Shown here one piece after another: positions 13,561 through 23,884 of a DNA stretch of 64,000 nt. Under the pieces are notes generated by a model, which saw only the letters and a program-made list of their open reading frames with translations, made no database searches and was not told the DNA's origin. Source of the DNA: Sarea resinae (taxonomy: Eukaryota); NCBI GenBank assembly GCA_026026165.1, contig JAPEUD010000016.1, positions 1 through 64,000 on the forward strand. The letters run 5' to 3'. Both the position numbers and the translations under genes were made by a program. The stretch's first letter is position 1, and each line of letters opens with the position of its first letter.

Positions 13561-14708
13561 CTAGTATAGAGGCCTAGCAAACAAGGAATAGAATGCTAGT
13601 GTGCTGTTAACTAAGCCCTACAATTAACTAAAGAAGTAACTACTTAGTGATAGCGCTATAGAGGCGACAGCTAAGAGGCTAAAGAGCTACCTAAGGAAGA
13701 ATCTACTACTCTATAAAGAACCTCTAGCTAGCCTAGAGATACTAGTAACAAAACGCCTATAAGGAAGGCTATAGAAGTATAGCCTAAAGCTGTAAGTAAT
13801 TGTAAGAAAGAGACCTTATAGCTGTCCTAGAAAGGACACGCTGTTATAGCACTAGTAAAGAGCTGCTATTAGAACTCTTTCTACCTCTTTTACCTACAAA
13901 GGTTTTTAGGTGGTTTTAGCAAGCTAATGTAGAGGTAGGCCTGCAATACAATTATATGCTAATAGTGTACAGTCTCTATAGAAGGCTATTAGGCTATAGG
14001 GCTACAATGCTACAGTTATAAGAGGAGATAAAGTTATAAAAAAGAAAGTGAAATTAAACCTCTAGCGCTGTCCTAGTGCGAACCTAAAGCTATCTAGTAT
14101 ATAAAGGAAATAGAAGGAACTACTATTCTATTACTAACTGCTTTGCCTTGCCTAGCCCTAACTAGCCTAATTGCTAGACCTCTTTAGAGGTGTAGTTATG
14201 TTATTATTATCCTTATTCTTACTCTTGCTAGCGCGTGTGATTAAAGGCAGGTCAAACTATAAGCTTTAGTTAGTGTAGCCCTAAGCTAGTAATAAGCTAG
14301 GCTAGCTTATAGCATAGCAGAGAATGTTATTTAGTCTCTTAACACTGTTAGCTAGGCGTTTAGTAGTGATAGCAGTGTGTAGAGCGTTGTCTAAGAGATA
14401 GCAGTTAGTAGCATTAATATAGGCTTTAACACTCCTTGTAAAACGCTGCTGTTTAGCTTAAAGAGCACCTAACGCAGGCTCTTTAGCTAGGTTATTATCT
14501 GTAAAAGCCGCTACTATATCTACTGCTTTAGCTAGCTAATTAAACTGCTTATAGAACTTACACAGCACCTATACAGAGCCTAGTTAGAGCCTGCCTAGAG
14601 CTATATTAAGAGCATTGCTTACTTTATTACACTTCTTATAGAGCTAGGCGCAGCATGTACACTTTGCTAAAGAGCTAGGACAGCTGCATACAATGTCTAG
14701 AATAGCAC

Positions 14709-14883
14709 TGTGGAGCTTAATACGCAGATGTAGGCTGCCGGAGTCACAGGAACTATAGCATTACTGGCGTTTGCTGTTACCTCTACTAGCCGTATATTAC
14801 CACTTCGCCTGATCAGGCCATAGTTAGAGAATCCATGCTTCCTCCATACCACTGATCTATGCAAGTCGTATCGAGATTCGTCA
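14709..14883 (+). repeat. 5' LTR of inner element
   Basis: TGTGGAGC...TTCGTCA, identical to 21481-21655. Confidence 0.98.
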
Positions 14884-14885
14884 GT

Positions 14886-14900
14886 TGGCGCCCCGAGGCG
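14886..14900 (+). promoter_or_regulatory. Candidate tRNA primer-binding site (TGGCGCCCCGAGGCG)
   Basis: Starts with TGG (complement of tRNA CCA) 2 nt after the 5' LTR. Cognate tRNA not identified. Confidence 0.75.
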
Positions 14901-15170
14901 AGTCCGTCTGCATAGTGACGTCTGTATGGTGATCGACAAGAAAAGCATCGCGTTTGTTTTGTTCAATACATTGCTGCCATCGGGCTTCTATCGGGGTCAG
15001 TGGATCCATCGAATCAGTCACAACAATCATCGGATACACGTGAGCGAGGCCATCGGGCCAAACCATTCTACAAAGTTCGATCGATATCGATTGATCGAAA
15101 CCGTCAGATCGAAATCGTTCGATTGTCTATTGGGACATTGACGAGACTATCAAGTCAGATATACGAATAC

Positions 15171-15225
15171 TCAATCGGAATCGTTCAATCGGAATCGTTC
15201 AATCGGAATCGTTCAAATCGGAATT
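15171..15225 (+). repeat. 14-bp tandem repeat TCAATCGGAATCGT x3 plus a partial unit, in the retroelement leader
   Basis: Read directly from the sequence. Confidence 0.9.
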
Positions 15226-15374
15226 GGTGTGTTCCAGTAGGAAAAATACCATTATCAAAGTCGATCTATTTCCCTCAAAAGCGATCCGGTTCTATCGAGT
15301 TCGAATAATCGAGTTTGATCAATCTCGCGTTTACCAGTTTGATCAATATCATCGTGTTTACGCCCAGTAAACAT

Positions 15375-17648
15375 ATGAGTCCGGTTCCTTCCAGGTTTCC
15401 CGCGCCTTCCTCATTAGCTCGACCCAAACAATCAATATCGTCCATGCCGACTGAGCATTCCACGTCACCAAGTCGTCCACCCCTCACCACACAGAAGTCA
15501 GACGACACCGACGAGACCGGTCAACTCGAATACCTACAACAGCAGGCCAAGCCACTATTACCCAGGGTGGACGCAGTCAGGATGGAGTCACAGATCCATA
15601 TTCCAAAATTCAGTGGAGCGAACGATAACGCAGATGAGGCGAACGAGTTCCTCGAAGATATCGAACTAGCTGTCAGCATCTCTGGACTCAACGCTGACGT
15701 ACGCCAAAACTACTCTCGCATGCTGTTCAGACAACATCTCACTAGTGATGCCTTGCAATGGTATCGCCAATTGGAGAACTCTGTACGAAATTCGTGGACA
15801 GAATTACGCCAGAAATTTATCGATGACTTCACTAAGAGCAATGCTGAGTTTACCACACTGGATAAGATCGTTGCGTTACGACAAGGATCCATGGGTATCC
15901 GAGAATATGTCGATCAAGCCACATTGATCAGCCGGAATTGTCCAGCAACTTACTCTGCGTATCTCGCACGACAATTTGTCGCGGGGATGAGCGACAAAGA
16001 ACGCAAACGACTCGTCACGATGCATCTTGGAGAGACCGCCTTTACCTTCCAAGCAGCAAAAGAAGCGGTAAAGCGAGCATACATGGAGATCGGCGAGCCT
16101 AGTCCGTTCGATGGACGACCCGGATCGAAGACGATGGGTAGGACCCAAGACGAGATCAACAATTTGCTATACCAAGCACTCGAACGAGGCATGACGCTCT
16201 CGCCTCCAGCGGGATTGGTTGCACCTCAATCGCTTCCGGAGATTACGAATGAAATGGGTCGCCGGGGGCGTGGAGCAGCACCCTCCTATATGACATGCTA
16301 CAACTGCATGGAGAAGGGTCATTATTCGGACGAATGCCCACACCAGCGTGTCTCTAAGCTTCAGTGGGACGCGAACATGCAGGAAGTAGCACGACAACGC
16401 GATCAGGCAAAGGCCAATCGACCCACACCGAAAGCGGCTCCAGCGGCATCGGCAGCACTCGAAACCAATTGCGGGATACTCGAACACGATATGCCGGCTA
16501 TGCCAGTAACTAGGACACAGGCGCAGCGAGCTCATCGTACTGGGCGCGGCCAGCCGTACGAACCTCGTGAGATCGTTCCACCTAATGAGCAATACATGGA
16601 ATTGCCGCCTTCCGGAGATCGAGGCATGAGGGACGCACCAGAGGCTCCTGAACAGCATCTTGAATATGGACCGAACCAAACCGGAGTTACGCCGCAACAG
16701 CAGACGGCCACGCAGACACGAAATGCTCGTACGACCGGCACCCGAACTGAGACGCGTAAGAACTTCGAAATGCCTGCCCCGATTCACATGCTAGGAGAAG
16801 GAGAGCGATTCGATTTATCGGCTGCCTTCAATGGAATGCATGTCAACCTACCATTGAGTCAGTTGTTAGACAGCTCGCCACAACTCCGACGACAGCTAGC
16901 GTATCAGCTACAATCCTCTATCGTCAGACGCCGCGGTCCAAACCGAGCGAGACAGACTGCTACACCGAATCAGTCTATACCTGAAGCGAGTAATGCCGTG
17001 CCGCGAATTCTCAAACGTGGAGAGAAGAACGAGAAGAACGAAATCGCTCGACCACCTAAGATAGTCAGCGAAGCAAAAGACGATGGCACCCTGGCTAAAG
17101 TAATTTACATTACGGCCTGGATCGGTGAAGTGATGACCGCCAAAGCACTAGTCGACAGCGGGGCAGTAGTGGAACTGATCAGTCAAGATCTGGTCAGACG
17201 CATTCCTGGTGTCGTGGAGCATCCCACGGATGGAAACTGGCGTATCAGACTGGCTAATGACTCTACCCACACGCTTACGACCTACGTGTGGATTCCGGTA
17301 AATGTCGATGGAGTCCTGACGACCCTTCGTGCCTTTGTCATTCCAGGTGGCACTGGGTATGACCTGCTGCTAAGTCGAACTTGGCATCGACGAGTGGGGT
17401 GTATCCACAACCATCAGAGTGACAAGATCACTATACGTGGACATGATGGCGTCGAACACGAAGTGGGCGGAAGATCAGTGACAGCGGAACGGACCGACCT
17501 GATCGTCAACCCAGAGGATCCCTCGCTCCCCCTGCCTACTGCGCTCACGGAAGATGAGATTCTCGCAGACGAGGAAGTGGAACGACTCATCGACGAAATC
17601 GACAACCATGACTTCCTCTACGATCAATCGGGAAAAGCTCTGCGCTGA
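15375..17648 (+). CDS. gag: Gag-protease polyprotein (capsid-like region, CCHC zinc knuckle, aspartic protease)
   Basis: First in-frame ATG at 15375; CYNCMEKGHYSDEC knuckle; ALVDSGAVVELI protease motif. Confidence 0.92.
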   Translation: MSPVPSRFPAPSSLARPKQSISSMPTEHSTSPSRPPLTTQKSDDTDETGQLEYLQQQAKPLLPRVDAVRMESQIHIPKFSGANDNADEANEFLEDIELAVSISGLNADVRQNYSRMLFRQHLTSDALQWYRQLENSVRNSWTELRQKFIDDFTKSNAEFTTLDKIVALRQGSMGIREYVDQATLISRNCPATYSAYLARQFVAGMSDKERKRLVTMHLGETAFTFQAAKEAVKRAYMEIGEPSPFDGRPGSKTMGRTQDEINNLLYQALERGMTLSPPAGLVAPQSLPEITNEMGRRGRGAAPSYMTCYNCMEKGHYSDECPHQRVSKLQWDANMQEVARQRDQAKANRPTPKAAPAASAALETNCGILEHDMPAMPVTRTQAQRAHRTGRGQPYEPREIVPPNEQYMELPPSGDRGMRDAPEAPEQHLEYGPNQTGVTPQQQTATQTRNARTTGTRTETRKNFEMPAPIHMLGEGERFDLSAAFNGMHVNLPLSQLLDSSPQLRRQLAYQLQSSIVRRRGPNRARQTATPNQSIPEASNAVPRILKRGEKNEKNEIARPPKIVSEAKDDGTLAKVIYITAWIGEVMTAKALVDSGAVVELISQDLVRRIPGVVEHPTDGNWRIRLANDSTHTLTTYVWIPVNVDGVLTTLRAFVIPGGTGYDLLLSRTWHRRVGCIHNHQSDKITIRGHDGVEHEVGGRSVTAERTDLIVNPEDPSLPLPTALTEDEILADEEVERLIDEIDNHDFLYDQSGKALR

Positions 17649-17688
17649 GTCTGGATCAGGCACCGGATCAGCGCAGAGGACTGCCTGA
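17630..17688 (+). promoter_or_regulatory. Programmed -1 ribosomal frameshift signal (G GGA AAA plus H-type pseudoknot)
   Basis: Heptamer at 17630-17636 is in phase. Stem CTCTGCGCTGA(g)TCTGG pairs with CCGGATCAGCGCAGAG. Loop TCAGGCA pairs with TGCCTGA at 17682-17688. The -1 frame is open into ORF 17729. Confidence 0.88.
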
Positions 17689-20600
17689 AGCGTCGAGACC
17701 GTCACCGACGAGACCGGCGGCGATAGGCATGCCAAGGGAGGAGGATGAGTTAGCTATACAGCGAGGAGAGTTACCAGACGGACCGTTATTTTCATATATT
17801 ATCGACACCGATGCATCACCGCATCGAAAAGCAGCACTCATGTTTACAGCAAATACAATGGCGGCAGCAGAGATCACCAGAATCGATAGAACATCGGTAT
17901 CGGCAACACCAGTACCGATTACAATGAGGCAGGCGCGCCACTTTCCGGTAGAGAGACGACCGATCCAGCGAGAACTATCGAACGATAGCCAAGAGGACAT
18001 CGACACATGGTTTAACACCAGTGGAATCACAATCGGCGAATGCGCTTCCACTGAGGAGCAGCAAGCAAAGGCGCGGCGATTATTCCACACTTGGAAGGAC
18101 GTCTTTGCCAAGTCAATGAGGGAAGTGAAACCCACCGACTTGATCCAACACACGATTGATCTCCATTCCGATGCAAAACCTGTCTACGCCAAGCGAGCCA
18201 AGTATAATCCAAAGGAAAGCCAATTCGCAGCGGAAGTCTTCCCTGAGATGGAGGAGGCTGGTATACTCGTTAGAGGTAGCAGTGAGTGGGGTGCGCGGAC
18301 ATTGTTCCCACCCAAAAAAGGATGGACGACTCCGCGTCGTGCACAATTTCATTCCAGTCAATAAGGCTACGATTAAGTCCAGTTATCCGATGCATAATCT
18401 CGAGGAAGTCTTGCATACGGTCATTAAACCAAAGTTTTCCTGCTTCTTTTCCGCCGACGCGAGTAATGGGTATTGGGCCATACCGATAAGGCCAGGCGAC
18501 GAGCATAAGGCTGGCATTACTACCCCCCATGGCCAATACCTGTATCGGCGGATGGGCCAAGGACTGAAGGGAGCGCCCCACACTTATTCGCAGTTTACCG
18601 ATTTGGTGTTTGGACCATTGCCAAAGACCGATGCTCAAGCTCGTATACCCACTCTCATCGGAGATCATGGAAGCTGGGCCTTTAGCCCATTCATGGACGA
18701 CCACCTAGCAGGAATGACCGACTTCGATACGGCCTTCGACATGATGCACACCCAATACTTCCCCCGTGTGGCCTTCGGACCGGTTTATCTGAACCCAGCA
18801 AAGATGATTGCGTTCACCGGATCATTAGACCTCATAGGGTTCACTGGAGGAGTAGAGGGAATTAGACCATCAGTTCGACATCGCGAGCGTATGTGCAATT
18901 GGCCGGAACCGAAGACAAGAGTGGATCTCGACGCGTTCATCTGGATCACTCCGTTTTTGCGATGGTTCATACCAGGCCGGGCTGGCCACGTCCTCCGATT
19001 GAAACAGGCGTATCAACGAGAAGAGCCTGTACTGACGCCAAAAGGGAAGATATCGGTCCAAACCAAGATGGTGGAAACGGATCAGTTCACATGGGGTCCA
19101 GGGCAACGCGAGTCGTTCGAACATATCAAGCGATCAATCAGGGAGAATGCCACATCGGGATCGGATCCAGAAAAGCAGCATCATATGGCCGCCGATGCAA
19201 GCTTACATTCGGTCGGAGGGGTGCTCTTCCAGCTACGGGATTCGCCAGCCGGCACCGAGGCCACCGATAAGAACAGCAGGGAACTTAGCATAATCATGTT
19301 TATGTCATTCCGCCTCACATCAACCGAAAAACGATATCATACGACGGAGCGGGAAGCACTGGCAGTAATCAAATGCCTAGCAGAAGTCAAGTGGCTGATC
19401 ATGGGAAACAAGCATCCTACAAAAATATATACCGATCATGAGGCTCTTACCACTATACTCAATAATGGCACCGATAATCACGGTAGGATCGCGAGGTGGC
19501 AAGATCGGTTATCCGAATACGATTATGAAGTCCATCATCGACCAGGGAAGGCCAACATCATGAGGATCGCTGACGGTCTCAGTCGGATGCCACGTTGCTA
19601 TTCAACAGAGTGCAAAGCCAGGGACGCGGACAGGATGGCGATGGCAGCATCCATGCCAGCCGGTCTACCGATGCGCGAGACCGATGGAACGACCGCCCCA
19701 GCTGGGTCGACCGTCGGCGAAACCGTCGGCCCTTCTACCGGTGTGGTCCAAACCGATATTCCGTCCACCGAAACCGAAGAAACCGTTAAACCGCCTGTCA
19801 GCGAAGCCATTGATCCGTCTTCCGATATCGTCGAAAGCGATAAACCGTCAAACATCGGAACCGACAGACCGTCTATTGGTAGTCTCGCTGGTTCGACCAG
19901 TCAAGATGTGATCGCAGCACCTGAGGAGTTAGAACCATACGGGCCATGGACCGAATGGGTCGAGTCAGGACAATATGGAGATGTCACCGCATACCTTCTC
20001 GACGGACTCAATGGATTGCGAGATCGAACCAAAAGTGAGATTGCAGCGATTCGAAATAAGGCCAAGCGATATCTCCTTGGGGATCACAAACTACTCTATG
20101 TTGAGCGAGACGGCAAACACTCGAAGTGTATCATGACTGCGGAAGTGGAATACATCTTACGGCATCTCCACGAAGATCATGGACACTTTGCAGCCGCGAT
20201 CACGTTGGATCGGGCCAAAGGGCAGTTCTACTGGCCGTCTAGGGTAGCGGATATCGAGTCATGGTGTCGTACTTGCCACACATGCCAGTTGACCGGACAG
20301 AGACGGCCGAGTGCAACGCTCAATCCGATACCGCGCTTCCAGCCAATGGAAATGATCGGATTAGATTTCCTCGGACCAATCAAACCAGTCTGTGCAGCGA
20401 CAGGAGCGGCCTATATCATCATTGGTGTTGATTATTTCTCTCGGTTTACCTGGGCCGCGGCCGCAAGGGCGGCAACTATGAGGGTAACAGAGCAGTTTAT
20501 GAATGACCGTCTCGTTCCGTCTTTCGGCTGGCCTAAGGCGATCTACACAGACAACGGGACCCATTTTTGCGGCGGCGAAATCACGGCATTGTGGGAGGCT

Positions 20601-21305
20601 AAAGGAATTCACCACTATCGAGCACCAATCTCCCATCCATCTACGGTAGGCTTGGTAGAACGCAATGTGCAGATCGCATCCAGCCTACTACGGTCGTACT
20701 ATATCGACAATTACCCATATAGTACAGACTGGTCCAAATATCTTCCGGAGATTTCGGTGTCGATGAATTCGCGTTTGATTCGGATCCATGGGTTTACCCC
20801 AGGTCAAGTCATGTTCGGATTTGATCCTCGAGTCACACAAAGGCATACTGACGACACGGGTCCAATGGATCCAGACGAATTGCCACCACATCAGAATGCT
20901 CTGCACATAGAAGCTCGCCAAGAATTCAGGGAAAGGGCAATCGACCTTATGGCTGCGGGAAATGCCCGTATGGAGAAATCAAGAGATCCGTTATGGACCA
21001 AGCCGCAACAAGGGGATCTAGTACTAGTACGACTTTTTCAATTAGACAAAGACAAAGGACGTAAACTCGAACCCAAGTGGAGCGAACCGCAATTGCTCGT
21101 CGATGTTCCAAACCCAGGAGTATCGGGATACGTGGAACCGCTACACGGAGCCCACCGTCGACGCAAGATCCACTTTGACGACATGAAAGTATATTTCCCA
21201 CGTCTCCCATCAGGTCAAGAGATACCGGCCAGAACAGCGATAGTCATCGATCGAGAGGCCTACCGATATCCCTCCATCCCAGGATCCAGAGCTGTTTTAC
21301 TGTAG
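17633..21305 (+). CDS. pol: Pol (RT, RNase H, integrase), split by a +1 frame break at the A6 run 18314-18319
   Basis: WGARTLFPPKK|DGRLRVVHNF joins the two ORFs. Motifs: DASNGYW, FMDD, RNase H AADAS/EREALA/YTDH/ADGLSR, HHCC HEDHGH..CHTC, integrase GLDF/YTDNG/GLVE. Confidence 0.9.
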
Positions 21306-21465
21306 GTCGAACCACCCACTATGGAGTCGAAAAGAGGGTCGCGTTGCGACCAATTTATCCTGTTATCACAGAGTTGCTTTATTACAAGGCTGCCCTTACT
21401 ACACCATACAGAGCACTCGGAGTCAGTTGCTAAGCTTAGAGGATCCTCGCAGGTGCTTCGGAATC

Positions 21466-21480
21466 GAAAAGGGGTCGCAT
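21466..21480 (+). promoter_or_regulatory. Polypurine tract of inner element
   Basis: GAAAAGGGG followed by tcgcat directly before the 3' LTR. Confidence 0.8.
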
Positions 21481-21655
21481 TGTGGAGCTTAATACGCAGA
21501 TGTAGGCTGCCGGAGTCACAGGAACTATAGCATTACTGGCGTTTGCTGTTACCTCTACTAGCCGTATATTACCACTTCGCCTGATCAGGCCATAGTTAGA
21601 GAATCCATGCTTCCTCCATACCACTGATCTATGCAAGTCGTATCGAGATTCGTCA
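21481..21655 (+). repeat. 3' LTR of inner element
   Basis: Identical to 14709-14883. Confidence 0.98.
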
Positions 21656-22147
21656 GCACTAAGGCACTTAGCGCAGCGCAGATAGAGCTCCTAATAGAGC
21701 TTAAGAGGCTCCTTTAGATTTAGATAGGGCTTGTGTATACACAGCAGAATAATAGAGGCGCAATTAGGAACGTTTATAATAGGTAGATAAGCATATAGAA
21801 TGTACCTAAAAACATAGTGCAAAAAGTTTGATTATATACACGCGCACTAAATCACCTACGTTTTATACCTACACACCTATAGCTAAGCGACCTCTAAGCA
21901 ATAGAGAGAATGCCTAATACAGATAGTTTAAAGCATTCACTTTGTCTATTTACTGCTGCTATTCTAGCGCAGCGTTTAGCAAACTAAGCAAATAAGACAA
22001 AGAACTCTCTTTATTATCTATATAAATTCACTAGTTGCAGCGAATAGCAACGCTACTAAGGCGCTAGCAAGACAAAGACTTAACACTATAATGTTATACA
22101 TTGCAAACAAAGGACCTAGAGGACTAGGTCCTAGGAGAGGAGGTAAT

Positions 22148-22456
22148 TGTAAGGGCTACTACTAATAGGGGTGCTGTATAGGGTTTGGCGCAGCGCAGGG
22201 TAACCACCTAGTGTGGTTCGGCAACGTTTAGGTAAGCTGAGCAGGGTTATTAGTTATATAGATCAATAGGGGCGCTGGCTATTAGGGCCAGCGTTCAGTG
22301 CAATTACAAAGTCAGTGCCTACTAGCAATATCTATATCTATAGTATCAGTTTCACATCGCTAGGGTGATGCCAGCACGCCGCAGTGCACTAGCCTATTCG
22401 ATCATGCTATTCCTACCTACTCTACTATAGCTAGAAGCCCAGGAGGCGGTCTGACA
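22148..22456 (+). repeat. 3' LTR of outer element (less mutated)
   Basis: TGTAAGGG...GTCTGACA followed by the CTAAC TSD. Confidence 0.95.
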
Positions 22457-22524
22457 CTAACAATAATAGCTATTATACCTATTCCTAAATACACTGATCT
22501 ACTAAAGGGACAGAGAACGTCGAG

Positions 22525-23220
22525 CTAGCTCGAAGTATAATGCCTGTATTGTAAAAGCATCCACAGTAGGCCACTGTAGGAGATAAGGAGCGGGATGGCC
22601 TGGCGACCGTCGGGTCGAATGGCCTTGTATATGGCCGTCTCGCTCGTAAAGTGCACGGCGGCAACAATGTATCCCCATAGGGCTAATTGGTATGCCACCG
22701 GGTTTTCGATATTGTACGCGCCGTAGATGCGTAAAAGGCCGGCAACGAACGTGTACGTGCCGAAGAGTCGGCCCGCTAGTGGGGTTACCTGGTCCGTGGC
22801 TTTCTTGTCGTGCTTGTTGCGATCGGTGACAGGGACAAGCTTGGAGACGCTATCGTCTGGGTCGGACAAGGACGAGGAAGAGGAGGCGGATGAGGCTCTT
22901 GCGAGGTCGACGTTGGGAACGAAGAGCCCGTTATACATCCGACGCGTCGGGTAGAGAGTCGTGTACGACTGGACCGAGCTGGAGAATGCTGCGGCAGCCG
23001 ACTAGTACCTCGGTCCTTGTCAGCAACGACCGAACGCCACGTTTGAGCTTGCGACGATGTTATCGCGATGCGAGCCGAGATAAGGAATGGGATTGGGGGC
23101 GGGATCGAGAGTGGGAATTGGAGTGAGAGTGGGAATGGGTTAGAGGATGCTTACGGCGAAGAGGAACACGGGCAAGTATCCCTTATCGCATGGTGGGGGA
23201 AGCGACCGGACGAATTGCAT
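22525..23220 (-). CDS. ERG28: Erg28-family ER membrane protein (2 exons: 23155-23220, 22525-23001; 180 aa)
   Basis: QVTPLAGRLFGTYT...RIYGAYNIENPVAYQLALWGYIVAAVHFTSE signature. A GTAAGC..GCTGAC..TAG intron joins the exons in frame. Confidence 0.88.
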
Positions 23221-23884
23221 GACTCGTTCGTTGTTCGACGTGCACATCTGTGAGAATCGTGATCCAGTTTGAAATGTCAGAGAATGTGCTCGCGACGGAG
23301 TGGCATCGATAGATTAAATAGGCCACCAAATCACCAAATCACTATGCCAGGGGGGGGTTTGATATGCGGGGGATATGCGGGTGATCCGCTATGATGCAGC
23401 CGCCGGCTCCCTAATGATCATCAGAACTAGCAGGATCACTGTAGGATACAGGGCTGGAATTGCAACGGCTCCTGCCTTTCCTGTCAGCTCGACCACTAGG
23501 CAGGGCTGATGCAGGGATGGGGTTCGGATGTTGTGATGTTTTGTGTTGTGGCTGCAGCTTGGTCGCCGCCTCGCCATTCGGCGACTCCGCACTTGCTTCT
23601 TTGTTGTTTTTCTCCCAAACAGCCAACAGCGAACAGCCAACTCGCTCTCCCTCAGGACCTGAAACACGCGGGGACTGGATGACCGGTGGACGTGTCCGGT
23701 ATAAATCAATCTATATGGGCCACCCTGTCGGCCACCGATTACAGGAGTTGTGCGTCGTGCGTTGTGTGGCTGGCAGAGCGAGTCTCATTCATTTGATATT
23801 GCCCACTCGACGATTGTCTACTATATATCGTCTTCCTATTTTTGCATTCTCCATTTGCCGTTGCGACCCCCAAACAAACGCAGC

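Larger units (their letters stand above)
14709..21655 (+). mobile_element. Young Ty3/gypsy-type LTR retrotransposon without visible RIP damage, nested in the outer element
   Basis: Identical 175-bp TG..CA LTRs (14709-14883, 21481-21655). GCAC TSD at 14705-14708 and 21656-21659. PBS and PPT present. Long ORFs in gag-PR-RT-RH-IN order. Confidence 0.98.
8110..22456 (+). mobile_element. RIP-inactivated Ty3/gypsy chromovirus LTR retrotransposon (outer element, ~7.4 kb without the nested insert)
   Basis: 309-bp LTRs at 8110-8418 and 22148-22456 (TG..CA intact in the 3' copy). CTAAC TSD at 8105-8109 and 22457-22461. Purine tract at 22133-22147. Motifs recoverable by reversing G>A/C>T changes: CCHC knuckle ~9570, protease ALIDSG ~9775, RT APILFVPKKDGSLRLC ~10425 and VVYLDD ~10765, RNase H ETDASG ~11228, integrase TMDF/IVSDRG/HPQTDGQTE 12509-12820, chromodomain ~13395-13500. 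Confidence 0.95.

Noticed and set aside
21305..21480. env-like third ORF in the inner retroelement
   Set aside because: Only ~175 bp lie between the pol stop and the LTR; the 69-aa ORF runs into the LTR and has no TM or signal features.
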